Origin: an uncultured Chloroflexia bacterium
GTDB taxonomy: Bacteria; Chloroflexota; Limnocylindria; Limnocylindrales; CSP1-4
Length of the DNA: 64,000 bases
Direction: 5' to 3'
Assembly: GCA_963709605.1 (NCBI GenBank)
Contig: CAVPWX010000020.1
Span: forward strand, 401,337-465,336
The notes under the pieces were generated by a model that saw only the letters and a program-made list of their open reading frames with translations, was not told the origin of the DNA and did no database searches. The position numbers and the translations under genes are program-made. Positions 9,408 through 19,973 of the stretch are shown here, one piece after another (position 1 is the first letter of the stretch; each line of letters opens with the position of its first letter).

Positions 9408-9899
9408 TCAGAGAGGGACCGCCACGGCGTGCTTCAGGTCGCGGGCGACGGCCTCGATCTCGTCCTGGTCCCTCGAGTGGGCGAGGAGGGCGATCATCAT
9501 CTCCTCCTCGTCGAGGTGGACCCGCACGATGGCGTGCAGCCGGTAGAGGACGCGCCGCAGGGCCAGCGCCTCGCCGCGGTGGTACGGACCCTCGCCGTGG
9601 GCCGCGCAGAGGCGGTCGAGCTCGTCGATGAGATGACGGACCTCAGCGTGCTCGCGGCGCAGCGGGGCGAGCGCCCCGGTGTCGGAGAGCAGGACCTCCA
9701 GGCGGGGATAGACCGCGCGCTCGCTGGCCTCCATGTGCGGGATGAGCGTCCCGGTCAGGAAGGCCCGGGTCTCGAGGACGCGGGGTCGGAGCTCCTCGCA
9801 GGACGCCGTCCCCACCATGCGGGCGGTCTCGAGCAGGTCGTCAATGCGCGGGATGAGCTGGTCGTGGTGCTCGTGGACGGTGTCGGCCAGGGTGCTCAT
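9408..9899 (-). CDS. Hemerythrin HHE cation-binding domain protein
   Basis: Repeated H/HH/E motifs (HEHHDQL, HMEASERAVYP, REHAEVRHLIDEL, HLDEEEMM). Confidence 0.6.
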   Translation of the reverse strand: MSTLADTVHEHHDQLIPRIDDLLETARMVGTASCEELRPRVLETRAFLTGTLIPHMEASERAVYPRLEVLLSDTGALAPLRREHAEVRHLIDELDRLCAAHGEGPYHRGEALALRRVLYRLHAIVRVHLDEEEMMIALLAHSRDQDEIEAVARDLKHAVAVPL

Positions 9900-10107
9900 C
9901 GGTGGCCTCGTGCTGCGGCAGGGGGAACGCGCGACGATCGTCCCCGCGCCGGTGGACTCTCGCCAGAGCCGGACGGCCCGAATCCGGCGCCGTTCGAACC
10001 CGGCAGATGAGATCGAGTCTCATAGGTGGGCAGCGGGCCGGCAGCCGGCAGAGCTCGACGACCACGGCACGGCAGACCCGGCGGCCTGTGCCCGGCCCGC
10101 GAGTCGC

Positions 10108-13100
10108 CTAGCCCGCCGGCAGCGGCTCCACGAGCCAGAACGCGGTCCGCGACGTCTCCCAGCCGGCAAGGAGCGTGGCGGCCAGGCCGCTTCCCTCGGC
10201 CGCATGGGCGGCGACGAGGGCCCGGACCTCGGCCTCGCGCTGGGTGGCGTCGGGCCGCGGCTCTTCCCCATCCGATCCGGTGCCCAGCGCCCCCAGGCGC
10301 ACGGCGCGCACGCTCGCGTCGTTGAGGCGCAGCGGCGCCCGGCCGTCGGGATCGAAGAGGTAGGCCCGGCCACCGGTCATCCCGGCGCCGAAGTTGCGGC
10401 CCGTCGGACCGAGGACGACGACGACCCCGCCGGTCATGTACTCGCAGCCATGGGCCCCGATCCCCTCCACGACGGCGCTCGCCCCGGAGTTGCGGACGGC
10501 GAAGCGCATCCCGGCTCGCCCCACGAGATGGAGCCGGCCGGCCGTCGCGCCGTAGAGGCAGGTGTTCCCGGCGATGGCCTCCCGCTCGGCGCGGAAGCCG
10601 GCCGTGGTGGCCGGCCGCACGACAACCGTGCCTCCCGAGAGGCCCTTGGCCACGTAGTCGTTGGCGATGCCGTCCACCGCCACCCGGACGCCGTCGGTCG
10701 CGAACGCGCCCAGGCTCTGGCCGGCCGCGCCCGTCGCCCGCAGGTCGACGACGATGGGGCTCGGCCCGGCAGGGGCCGGCCGGCCACGACGCCCCCGGCG
10801 GTCGCGGGCCCGTTCCAGGTCGCCGGAGATGCGGGCCCCGACGGTGCGCTCGGCGGTCGTGAGCTCCGCCGCAAGGACCACCGGCTCCGGCGTCTCGCGC
10901 GCGGCGAGGGCCGCCATCGCCGGCGCGAGCGCCGCGGCCAGCCGCTCGTCGAGCGGGCTCGCGGCCGGAGCCTCCGCGAGCCGGCCGATGCTCTTCGGGA
11001 CGGCCGCCCGCTCCGCCGGGAGTCGCCACGCCGGCGCCTCGACGACCGGCGCCAGATCGAGCGGCGCCCCGTCCTCGACCGCCAGGCGATCGGTCCGTCC
11101 CACGGCGTCGGCGAGCGAGTGGAAGCCCAGCCGGGCGAGCTCGCGCCGGACGTCCTCGGCGAGGGCGGTGAAGAAGGCCACGACCTGCTCCGGGGTCCCC
11201 GCGAACTTCGCCCGCAGGTCCTCGCGCTGGGTGGCGATCCCGGTGGGGCACGTGTCGAGGTGACACTGGCGGGCCATGTCGCAGCCGATCGCGACGAGGG
11301 CGGCGGTGCCGAAGCCGTACTCCTCGGCCCCGAGGAGGGCGGCCACCACGATGTCACGACCCGTCTGGAGCCCGCCGTCCGTCCGCAGGACGACGCGGTC
11401 GCGAAGGCCCTGGCGGACGAGGACCTGGTGGGCCTCGGCGAGGCCGAGCTCCCAGGGGGCGCCGACCGACTTGATCGACGAGAGCGGGCTGGCGCCCGTG
11501 CCTCCGGCGTGGCCGGACACGAGGACGTAGTCCGCGTGGGCCTTCGCGACGCCCGCGGCGATCGTCCCGACGCCCGCCGAGGCGACGAGCTTGACCCCGA
11601 TCCTGGCCCGGGGGTTGACCGCCCGCAGGTCGGCGATGAGCTGGGCGAGGTCCTCGATCGAGTAGATGTCGTGATGCGGTGGCGGGCTGATGTAGGTCAT
11701 CCCGACCTGCCCGCGGCGGAGGGCGGCGATCAGGGGGGTCGCCTTCCTGGCGGGCAGCTGACCGCCCTCGCCGGGCTTGCTCCCCTGGGCCATCTTGATC
11801 TCGAGCTGCTCGGCCCGGGCCAGGTACCGGGCCGTGACGCCGAAGCGCGCCGAGGCGACCTGCTTGATCGCCGATTCGGCGAGCTCGCCGGACTCGTCGG
11901 GCTCGTAGGAGGCCGGGTCCTCGCCGCCCTCGCCGGAGTTCGAGGCCGCCCCCAGGCGCCGCATCCCGATGGCCAGCGCCCGGTGCGCCTCGGGCGAGAG
12001 GGCGCCGAGGCTCATCGCCGAGGAGACGAACCGCCGCACGATCTCCGAGGCCGGCTCGACCGTCGCCAGCGCCACCGGGCGCACCCGCCGCAGCGCGAGG
12101 AGGTCGCGGACCATCGCCGGCTCGTCGCGGACCACGGCAGCCCGGTAGGCGACCAGCTGCTCCTCGATCGCAGCCTGTTCGGCGGCCGGCGCGAGCGCCG
12201 CGCCGGGTCCGACGCCCGCCGGACGGCCGGCCGCAAGCGCCTGCGTCGCCCTGGCCACGGCCGGCGAGAACGCGTGGAGCTCCCCGTCGGCACGGAACCG
12301 GGCGAATCCCGGGTCGGCGAGAGCGGGTGCCGCAGGCACGTCCAGGAAGGCCGCGCCGTGGCGGGCGAGGGCCTCGGCCCCGAGGCGCTCGAAGGTGGCA
12401 GCGCCGGCCGTTCGCGGCGCGGCCGGGAAGCAGCGTCCTGCCACCTCGTCGGCGAGGCCGATGACATCGAAGAGCTGGCCCCCTCGGTACGAGGCCAGCG
12501 TGCTGATGCCCATCCGGGCCAGCACCTTGCGCAGGCCGTGCTCGAGCGCCTCGAGGAGGCGCGCCTCGGCCGCATCCGGCTCGAGGTCTTCCTGCCCCCG
12601 CGAGCCGGCGATCGCGCGGGCCAGGTCGATCGCGTGCCAGGGGTGCACCGCGTCGGCGCCGGCCGCGAGGAGCATCGCGACGGCGTGGACGTCGAAGGCG
12701 TCGCCCGCCTCGACCAGGAGATCGGAGGCGTCCCGCCGTCCGGCGTCGACCAACGCGGCGCTGACCGCCCCCACCGCGAGGAGGCTCGGGACGGGGACGC
12801 GTCCGGGGCCGGCGTCGCGGTCGGTGAGGACGAGGAGCTCGGCGCCCCGATCCTGCGCCCGGCCCGCCGCGGCGACGAGACGGCCGAGGGCCGCGTCGAG
12901 GCCCGCCGGCCCGTCGGACGCCGGCCAGGTCGCATCGAGGGTCGTGACCCGCCATGGCGCCGACCCGTCCGGCCCTCGGCGTTCGAGGGCCTCGAGCGCC
13001 GCGCGGCCTGCGCTCCCCACGAGCGGCCCTGGCAGCTGCACGCAGCGGGGCGCGCCGCGACGAGCGGAGTCCAGGAGCCGCGGGCGGGGGCCCATCGGCA

Positions 13101-14766
13101 CCTCGAGGCTCATCACGATCCGCTCGCGCTCGGGGTCGATCGGCGGGTTCGTCACCTGGGCGAACGCCTGGCGGAGGTAGCCTCCGACCCCGCGAGGTCG
13201 CCGCGCCATCACGGCCAGGGGCGTGTCGTCCCCCATGCTCCACGTCGGCTCTCGGCCGGTCGTGGCCATGGTCTTCACGGTCATCCGGAGCTGCTCGGCG
13301 TCGAGCCCGAAGAGGAGCTGGCGGCGTTGCGCCGCTCCGGCGTCGGGCGGGCTGCCGGCCGCCGCGGCCGACGTCGCCTCCAGGCGCGGCGGCGCCGTCC
13401 CCGCGGGAGCCGTCTCGATCGCCGCCCGCTTGGCGCTTCCGTCCTCCAGGATCCGGCCCGCCACGGTGTCGACCAGGAGAAGCTCGCCGGGACCGAGCCG
13501 CCCGCGGCGGACGATCTCGCCCGGCGAGGCCGGGAGCATGCCCGCCTCCGAGCCGCAGACGACGAGGCCGTCCCGGCGAACCTCGAACGCCGCGGGCCGC
13601 AGGCCGTTGCGGTCGAGCACGCAGCCGACGCGCCGTCCGTCCGAGAAGACCAGCGCGGCCGGGCCGTCCCAAGGCTCGATCCGCGCCACCGCTGCCGCCT
13701 GCCAGGCCGCCAGGCCGGGCACGGGCTCGTCGCGCAGCTCCAGCGCCTCGGGGACGAGGGCCATCGCCGCCGCGTCGATCCGCCAGCCGGCGGCGAGCAG
13801 GAGCTCGAGGGCCTCGTCGAGCGATGCGGAGTCGGAGCCGGCCGGGTCGAGGAGCGGCCGCCCGGCGGCCGCGAGCTCGGCGAGACGCCGGCCCAGCCGT
13901 CCCCCGCCGAGGCGGGCCGTCCGCCCGCGCATCGCCTCGCGGTTGCCGCGCAGCGTGTTGATCTCCCCGTTGTGGGCGACCAGCCGGAACGGCTGGGCGA
14001 GAGCCCACGACGGATGGGTGTTCGTCGAGTAGCGCTGGTGGAAGACGGCATAGGGAACGCGCAGGTCGGCCTGCCCGAGATCCCGGTAGAAGCGGCCCAG
14101 CTCCCCGCCCACGAAGAGCCCCTTGTAGACGAGCGTCCGCGTCGAGAGGGAGGCGACGTGGAACGCCTCGAGGCCCGAGGCGGCCGCGGCGGCCGCCTCG
14201 GCCGCCCGGCGGGCGACCAGGAGGGCGCGCTCGAAGCGTGTCGGGCCCATCCCGGCCGGCCGCTCGACGAGCACCTGCCGGATCTCCGGCGCCGATGCCG
14301 CGGCCTCCGGGCCGAGCACCGACCGGTCCACCGGCACGCGCCGCCAGCCGGGCGTCGCCAGGCCCTCGGCGGCCAGCGCCGCGCCGACGATCCGGCGCGC
14401 CGCGTCACCTGCGGCCGCATCGGCCGGCAGGAAGACGGCGCCAACCGCGAGGCGCGCGGGATCCACGGCGACGCCCGCGTCGCGGGCCAGGGCCCCGACG
14501 AGGTGCAGGGTCGCCGGGAGGGCGATGCCGGCCCCGTCGCCGGTCCTCGCGTCCGCGGCGATGGCCCCGCGATGGGTCAGCGCGGAGAGCGCCTCGAGGG
14601 CCATGGCGACGACGCGGCCGCCGCGCCGTCCGGCCCGGCTCGTCTCGGCGACGAAGCCGACCCCGCACGCGTCGTGCTCGAAGCGGGGATCGTAGAGGGG
14701 CGCGTCGGGGATCGACAGCGGGGCGGGCTCGGCGCGGCGAGGTCGGTCCATCTGGGCGGCCTCCAT
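10108..14766 (-). CDS. gltB: Glutamate synthase large subunit (1552 aa)
   Basis: N-terminal Ntn amidotransferase domain (HDACGVGFVAE), FMN/Fe-S central domain and C-terminal GXGXG domain. No gltD-like small subunit is adjacent. Confidence 0.9.
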   Translation of the reverse strand: MEAAQMDRPRRAEPAPLSIPDAPLYDPRFEHDACGVGFVAETSRAGRRGGRVVAMALEALSALTHRGAIAADARTGDGAGIALPATLHLVGALARDAGVAVDPARLAVGAVFLPADAAAGDAARRIVGAALAAEGLATPGWRRVPVDRSVLGPEAAASAPEIRQVLVERPAGMGPTRFERALLVARRAAEAAAAAASGLEAFHVASLSTRTLVYKGLFVGGELGRFYRDLGQADLRVPYAVFHQRYSTNTHPSWALAQPFRLVAHNGEINTLRGNREAMRGRTARLGGGRLGRRLAELAAAGRPLLDPAGSDSASLDEALELLLAAGWRIDAAAMALVPEALELRDEPVPGLAAWQAAAVARIEPWDGPAALVFSDGRRVGCVLDRNGLRPAAFEVRRDGLVVCGSEAGMLPASPGEIVRRGRLGPGELLLVDTVAGRILEDGSAKRAAIETAPAGTAPPRLEATSAAAAGSPPDAGAAQRRQLLFGLDAEQLRMTVKTMATTGREPTWSMGDDTPLAVMARRPRGVGGYLRQAFAQVTNPPIDPERERIVMSLEVPMGPRPRLLDSARRGAPRCVQLPGPLVGSAGRAALEALERRGPDGSAPWRVTTLDATWPASDGPAGLDAALGRLVAAAGRAQDRGAELLVLTDRDAGPGRVPVPSLLAVGAVSAALVDAGRRDASDLLVEAGDAFDVHAVAMLLAAGADAVHPWHAIDLARAIAGSRGQEDLEPDAAEARLLEALEHGLRKVLARMGISTLASYRGGQLFDVIGLADEVAGRCFPAAPRTAGAATFERLGAEALARHGAAFLDVPAAPALADPGFARFRADGELHAFSPAVARATQALAAGRPAGVGPGAALAPAAEQAAIEEQLVAYRAAVVRDEPAMVRDLLALRRVRPVALATVEPASEIVRRFVSSAMSLGALSPEAHRALAIGMRRLGAASNSGEGGEDPASYEPDESGELAESAIKQVASARFGVTARYLARAEQLEIKMAQGSKPGEGGQLPARKATPLIAALRRGQVGMTYISPPPHHDIYSIEDLAQLIADLRAVNPRARIGVKLVASAGVGTIAAGVAKAHADYVLVSGHAGGTGASPLSSIKSVGAPWELGLAEAHQVLVRQGLRDRVVLRTDGGLQTGRDIVVAALLGAEEYGFGTAALVAIGCDMARQCHLDTCPTGIATQREDLRAKFAGTPEQVVAFFTALAEDVRRELARLGFHSLADAVGRTDRLAVEDGAPLDLAPVVEAPAWRLPAERAAVPKSIGRLAEAPAASPLDERLAAALAPAMAALAARETPEPVVLAAELTTAERTVGARISGDLERARDRRGRRGRPAPAGPSPIVVDLRATGAAGQSLGAFATDGVRVAVDGIANDYVAKGLSGGTVVVRPATTAGFRAEREAIAGNTCLYGATAGRLHLVGRAGMRFAVRNSGASAVVEGIGAHGCEYMTGGVVVVLGPTGRNFGAGMTGGRAYLFDPDGRAPLRLNDASVRAVRLGALGTGSDGEEPRPDATQREAEVRALVAAHAAEGSGLAATLLAGWETSRTAFWLVEPLPAG

Positions 14767-14956
14767 GGGGACGCATGGCCATCCCCCTCACGGCGGGAGG
14801 CCGAACGTACCCGGGCACCCCGGCGCGATCAGTGCCGCGACGGCACGGCCCGGTGCGAATCCGGTGGCGCCCCGGTTGCCGTTGAGGACGGTCCGCAAGC
14901 CGTCACCGGCCCGCCACCGCGCCGCAGCCCGGCCCGGCCGTACGATCGCGTCGCCC

Positions 14957-15670
14957 ATGACCAGCCGACCCTCCGCGCGCCTCCGCGTCCTCGTCGCCGC
15001 CCCCTTGCCGGCGGACGTCGGGGCGGTCGCCAGCGTCCTCGGGGCCGCCGGGTACGAGGTCCTGACCGCCTACCGTGCCGACGCCGCGATCGCCCGCCTC
15101 GTGGCAGATCGTCCCGACCTCCTCGTGGTCGACCCGGCGATCGGCGACGGACCGCCGGCCGATCTGGTCGCCCGGCTCGGGGGCTACAGCGACAGCCCGC
15201 TGCTGGTCCTCGCGGACGTCGTCGACGAGGCGGTGGTCGGGGCGGCCCTCGATGCCGGGGCCGTCGACGTGGTGGGGCGTCCGATCCGTCCCCTGGAGCT
15301 GCTGGCCCGGCTCGGCGCGGCGGCCCGCCGCGGGGCGCCGGCGGCGGCCGCCCAGGGCGTCCTGCCGGACGGTCTCCGGATCGACATGGCGCGGCGCGAG
15401 GCGAGCGTGACCGGCCGCCGCGTCGCGCTCACCCCCACCGAGTTCGATCTGCTCGCCGCCCTCGCCGCCCGCCGCGGCGGCGTCGTCGACCACCGGCTGC
15501 TCGTTCGCGCGGCCTGGCCGGATCCGGCCGCGGTGGACGTGGAGACGCTGCGCACTCACCTTGCCCGCCTGAACGTCAAGCTGATCGAGACGGGGCACCC
15601 GGGCCTGCGGAACGTCCGGGCGCGGGGGTACGCGGTGCGCGTGGAGGGCTCGGACGCGCCAGGGGCGTGA
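14957..15670 (+). CDS. Orphan OmpR-type response regulator, possibly GlnR-like
   Basis: Atypical receiver domain plus a winged-helix domain (LTPTEFDLLAALAARRGGVV). There is no adjacent kinase. It lies between divergent gltB and convergent amtB. Confidence 0.65.
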   Translation: MTSRPSARLRVLVAAPLPADVGAVASVLGAAGYEVLTAYRADAAIARLVADRPDLLVVDPAIGDGPPADLVARLGGYSDSPLLVLADVVDEAVVGAALDAGAVDVVGRPIRPLELLARLGAAARRGAPAAAAQGVLPDGLRIDMARREASVTGRRVALTPTEFDLLAALAARRGGVVDHRLLVRAAWPDPAAVDVETLRTHLARLNVKLIETGHPGLRNVRARGYAVRVEGSDAPGA

Positions 15671-15746
15671 GGCCCCGGCACGGGAAGGGGCCACGCGCCT
15701 CACGCGAGACGGGCGGCCCCAGGTCTGCCTCGAGCTCCCGTCTGGC

Positions 15747-16973
15747 TCACGCCGTGTAGGCCGCCTCGCGGTGGACGGCGCGGTCGAGGCCGGCGATCTC
15801 GTCCGCCTCCCCGACCCGGACCCTGAAGACCAGGTCGACGACCTTGAGGATCGCGAAGGTCACCGTGCCGCTGAAGATCCAGGTCGCGCCGACGGCGATC
15901 ACCTGGTTGACCAGGAGCTGCGGGTTGCCGCTCTCGAGGAGCCCTCCGCCGTTGACCGCGGGGTTGACGAGGGTCGAGGCGAAGACGCCGGTCAGGACGG
16001 CGCCGAGCGTGCCCCCGACGCCGTGGACGGCCCAGACATCGAGAGCGTCGTCCACCTGGAGCCGCTCGCGCAGAAGGATCGCGCCGTAGCAGACGCCGCC
16101 CGCCGCGAAGCCGATGGCGAGCGCGCCGCTGATGTCGACGTAGCCCGACGCTGGCGTGATCGCGACGAGACCGGCGACCGCCCCCGAAACCGCGCCGACG
16201 ACCGACGGCGCCCCCTTGTGGAGCCAGCCGATGAAGAGCCATGTAAGGGACGCGGCCGCGGCCGCCGTGTTGGTGACCATGAGGGCGTTCACGGCGAGGC
16301 CGTTGGCGGCCCATGCGGAGCCGGCGTTGAAGCCGAACCAGCCGAACCAGAGCAGCGCGCCGCCGAGGACGACGTACGTCACGTTGTGCGGCTCGAATCG
16401 CTCGGACTCGGCCCGGATCCGCTTCCCGAGGTACAGCGCCGCCACGAGCGCAGCGACGCCGGAGCTGATGTGGACGACGAGGCCGCCGGCGAAGTCGAGG
16501 GCGCCCAGCTGGTAGATCCAGCCGTCGGCGTTCCAGACCCAGTGGCAGAGCGGCAGGTAGACGAGCGTCGACCACAGGAGGGCGAAGACCACGAAGGCGT
16601 TGAAGCTCTTGCGCTCGGCGAACGCCCCGGTGATGAGGGCCGGCGTGATGATGGCGAACATCATCTGGTAGACGACGAAGAGCATCGCCGGGATCGTGGT
16701 CGCGTACGACCCGGGCTCGGCGCCGATCCCGCGCAGGAAGAGGTGGTCGAGGCCGCCGATGAGACCGCCCTGGCTGGGGCCGAACGCGAGCGTGTACCCG
16801 AAGACCACCCAGGTCACGCTGACGAGCGCCAGGATGAACCAGCTGTGCATGATCGTGGAGAGGACGTTCTTCGTGCGGACGAGGCCGCCGTAGAAGAACG
16901 CGAGGCCCGGCGTCATCAGCATGACCAGGCCCGTCGACATCAGGATCCAGGCGGTGTCTCCGGTGTCCACCAC
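15747..16973 (-). CDS. amt: Ammonium transporter
   Basis: Amt/MEP signature (DTAWILMSTGLVMLMTPGLAFFYGG). GTG at 16973 is preceded by GGAGGGAGGAG. No glnK follows. Confidence 0.85.
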   Translation of the reverse strand: MVDTGDTAWILMSTGLVMLMTPGLAFFYGGLVRTKNVLSTIMHSWFILALVSVTWVVFGYTLAFGPSQGGLIGGLDHLFLRGIGAEPGSYATTIPAMLFVVYQMMFAIITPALITGAFAERKSFNAFVVFALLWSTLVYLPLCHWVWNADGWIYQLGALDFAGGLVVHISSGVAALVAALYLGKRIRAESERFEPHNVTYVVLGGALLWFGWFGFNAGSAWAANGLAVNALMVTNTAAAAASLTWLFIGWLHKGAPSVVGAVSGAVAGLVAITPASGYVDISGALAIGFAAGGVCYGAILLRERLQVDDALDVWAVHGVGGTLGAVLTGVFASTLVNPAVNGGGLLESGNPQLLVNQVIAVGATWIFSGTVTFAILKVVDLVFRVRVGEADEIAGLDRAVHREAAYTA

Positions 16974-17158
16974 GGCTCGCTCCTCCCTCCGTGCCGCGGG
17001 CAGCTCCGGCCCGCCGGCGCGCGGCACGGGCGCGCCGGGCCCGTCCGATGGCCGGACCGTAGGGCCGGCGCGAGCAGGCCTGGCCCACGACCGGCGCGCG
17101 TCTCGGTTCCGCCGCGGTTGCGATTGGGGACGCGCGCCATCTGCGCCACAATGGCGCC

Positions 17159-18163
17159 ATGAACGACTCCCGGCCTGGCCCGGCCCAGGGCGCCCCGGCG
17201 GCCGGCGCCGAGGCCCATCCCACGCGCGTGGCGGTCGTCGGCACCGGTGCCGTCGGCTCGACCTTCGCCTTCAGCCTGCTCCTCTCCGGCCTGGCGGCCG
17301 AGATCGTCCTCGTCGACGCCAACGCGCGGAAGGCCGAGGGCGAGGCGATGGACCTCATGCACGCGGTCCCGTTCGCCCGGAACACCCGCATCTGGGCCGG
17401 CACGATGGACGACTGCGCGGGGGCGGCCATCACGGTCATCTCGGCCGGCGCCGCCCAGAAGCCCGGCGAGTCGCGGCTCGACCTCCTGCGCAAGAACGCG
17501 GCGATCTTCCGCCAGATCGTGCCGCCGATCGCGGCCGCCAACCCCGACGGGATCGTCCTCGTCGCCACCAACCCCGTCGACGTCCTCGCCTACCTGGCCT
17601 ACCGGATCTCGGGGCTTCCGTCGGCCCGCGTGATCGGCTCCGGGACCATCCTCGACACCGCCCGCTTCCGGGCCATGCTCGCCGACTACTACGGCGTGGA
17701 CCCGCGGTCGGTCCACGCACACATCGCCGGCGAGCACGGCGACACGGAGGTCCCGGTCTGGTCGCTGGCGAACATCGCCGGGATGTCGCTCGCCGACTTC
17801 GCGAACGCCAACGGGATGGAGCACGACCCGGCGCGACTGCGCGGGATCTTCGAGGCGACGCGCGACGCCGCCTACCGCATCATCGAGCTCAAGGGCGCCA
17901 CGTACTACGCGGTTGCCGCGGGGATCCTGCGGATCGTCGAGGCCATCCTGCGCGACCAGTCGACGGTGCTGTCGGTCAGCTCGCTGATCTGCGACTACTA
18001 CGGGATCGACGACGTCTACCTGTCCGTGCCGACCGTGGTCGGCCGCGGCGGGGTCGAGCGGACGCTGCGGCTGGCCCTCTCGGCCGAGGAGGCGTCGGGG
18101 CTGCGGCGCTCGGGCGAGCTCCTGCGCGAGACGATCGCGAGCCTCGAGCTCGATCCGTCCTGA
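17159..18163 (+). CDS. ldh: L-lactate dehydrogenase
   Basis: VAVVGTGAVG NAD-binding fold and IAGEHGDTEVPVWS catalytic loop. Confidence 0.8.
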   Translation: MNDSRPGPAQGAPAAGAEAHPTRVAVVGTGAVGSTFAFSLLLSGLAAEIVLVDANARKAEGEAMDLMHAVPFARNTRIWAGTMDDCAGAAITVISAGAAQKPGESRLDLLRKNAAIFRQIVPPIAAANPDGIVLVATNPVDVLAYLAYRISGLPSARVIGSGTILDTARFRAMLADYYGVDPRSVHAHIAGEHGDTEVPVWSLANIAGMSLADFANANGMEHDPARLRGIFEATRDAAYRIIELKGATYYAVAAGILRIVEAILRDQSTVLSVSSLICDYYGIDDVYLSVPTVVGRGGVERTLRLALSAEEASGLRRSGELLRETIASLELDPS

Positions 18164-18181
18164 CGCCCGCGTCCGGCGCCG

Positions 18182-18394
18182 TCAGGACTGGTCCGACCCG
18201 GTCCGGCTGGCCACGGCCCGAGCAAGGACGGCGAGCCCGAGAGCGATCAGCGCGAGGGGCCAGATCTGGTCCCAGTCGAGCTCGGGCAGCTGGAACCCGA
18301 ACGTGTTGACGAGCAGGTAGTAGCCGCCCACGAGCAGGAGGATCGCGCCGAAGATCAGCGCGCCGATGTCGACCTTGTGGCCGGCGAGATGCAT
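18182..18394 (-). CDS. Small two-helix membrane protein (hypothetical)
   Basis: A 70-aa ORF with two hydrophobic helices. Weak support. Confidence 0.3.
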   Translation of the reverse strand: MHLAGHKVDIGALIFGAILLLVGGYYLLVNTFGFQLPELDWDQIWPLALIALGLAVLARAVASRTGSDQS

Positions 18395-18546
18395 CGAGAT
18401 CCCTCCGTCGGGCTCCGGCGCGCGCCGCGCTCATGGGCGATGCTGGTCCGGGCCGGACGCCCGCGCCGAGGCTCTGCGCTCCGCGCGGCCCGCGCAAGTG
18501 CCGTTGGTCCCCTCGCCGTCCTTCGCGCGTCGCCGCCCTCCGGGCG

Positions 18547-19973
18547 CTACGCCCCGGCGGTCTCCAGGCGTGCCCGGGCGGCGGCCAGGGCCGCGTCGAC
18601 GCGCCCGGGGGCCGTCCCGCCGACGACGTCGCAGGACGCGAGGGCCGCTTCCACGGTCGCCGCCGCGCGGAGCTCCCCGGGGAGCGCGGGGTCGCCGGCC
18701 AGGCCGAGGGCCGTCGTGTCGCGCCCCTCGGCCAGGGCAGCCGCGATCGTCGCGTCCGGGAGCTCGCCCAGCGCCACCTCGTCCCGCTCAGCCTCCGCGA
18801 CCAGGCGGCCGACCACGCGGTGGGCGACGCGGAACGGCACGCCCCGCCGGACGAGGGCGTCGGCGACGGCGGTCGCCGTGATGTACCCCTCCTCGGCGGC
18901 CCGCCCCATCGCGGCGCGGTCCACGGCGAGAGTCGCCACCATCCCGGCCATGACATCGAGCGACGCCTCCAGCGTGGCGCAGGCCTCGAAGAGCGGTGGC
19001 TTGTCCTCCTGGAGGTCGCGCTGGTAGGCCAGGGGCAGGCCCTTCAGCAGCGCCAGGAACCCCGCCAGCGAACCGATCACCCGGCCGGCCCGCCCCCGCA
19101 CCAGCTCGGCCGGGTCGGGGTTCTTCTTGTTGGGCATCATCGACGAGCCGGTCGAGAAGGCGTCGGCGGCCCGGACGAAGCCGAAGCGTGGGTTCGACCA
19201 CCAGGTGATCTCCTCGGCCAGCCGGGAGAGGTGGACCATCCCGAGGGCGCAGGCGAAGAGGAGCTCCGCCGCGAAGTCGCGATCGGAGACTGCGTCGAGC
19301 GAGTTGGCGGTGACGCCGTCGAAGCCGAGCTCGCGGGCGGTCGCCTCGCGGTCGAGCGCGTAGCCGGCCCCGGCGAGCGCTCCCGAGCCGAGCGGGCTCG
19401 ACGTTGGCCCGGCGGCGGCAGTCGGCGAGGCGGCCCCGGTCCCGTTCCAGCATCTCCACGTAGGCAAGGAGGTGATGGGCGAGGAGCACCGGCTGGGCCG
19501 GCTGGATGTGGGTCGTGCCCGGGCAGGACCGCGTCGCCCTCGCGGTCGGCGAGGTCGACGAGCGCCCGCTCCATCCCCAGCATCGCCGCGTCGAGCGCGT
19601 CGATCGTCCGCCGCGACCAGAGGCGGAGATCCGTGGCCACCTGGTCGTTCCGGGAGCGGCCGGTGTGGAGCTTCCCGGCCAGCGATCCGATCCGCTGGGC
19701 GAGGGCCTCCTCGAGGTTCATGTGGACGTCCTCGAAGGCCGGGTCCCAGGCCAGCGTCCCCGCCTCCACCTCGGCGCGCAGGCCGTCGAGGCCCGCCACG
19801 AGCGCCTCGACCTCGTCGGGCGCGAGCAGGCCCGCCCGTCCCAGCCCCCGCACGTGGGCGACCGATCCGGCCAGGTCGTCGAGGGCCAGCGCACAGTCGA
19901 CATCGATCGAGCGGGTGAAGTCGGCCGTCAGCGCATCCGTCGAGCCCGTGAACCGCCCGCCCCAGAGCCGCAT
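18547..19973 (-). CDS. argH: Argininosuccinate lyase, disrupted by two frameshifts about 100 nt apart
   Basis: N-terminal part ([10 protein letters not shown]...) is in one frame (the upstream part of this frame in ORF 19137..20348 is non-ArgH read-through). [20 protein letters not shown] is in a second frame, and [10 protein letters not shown]...C-terminus in a third (ORF 18547..19467). ATG at 19973 has a GGAGGG RBS. Confidence 0.8.

Noticed and set aside
9733-15759. A 2008-aa ORF on the plus strand
   Set aside because: It is antisense to gltB. The translation is a low-complexity R/G/A/P-rich product typical of high-GC antisense frames, and no domain is recognisable.
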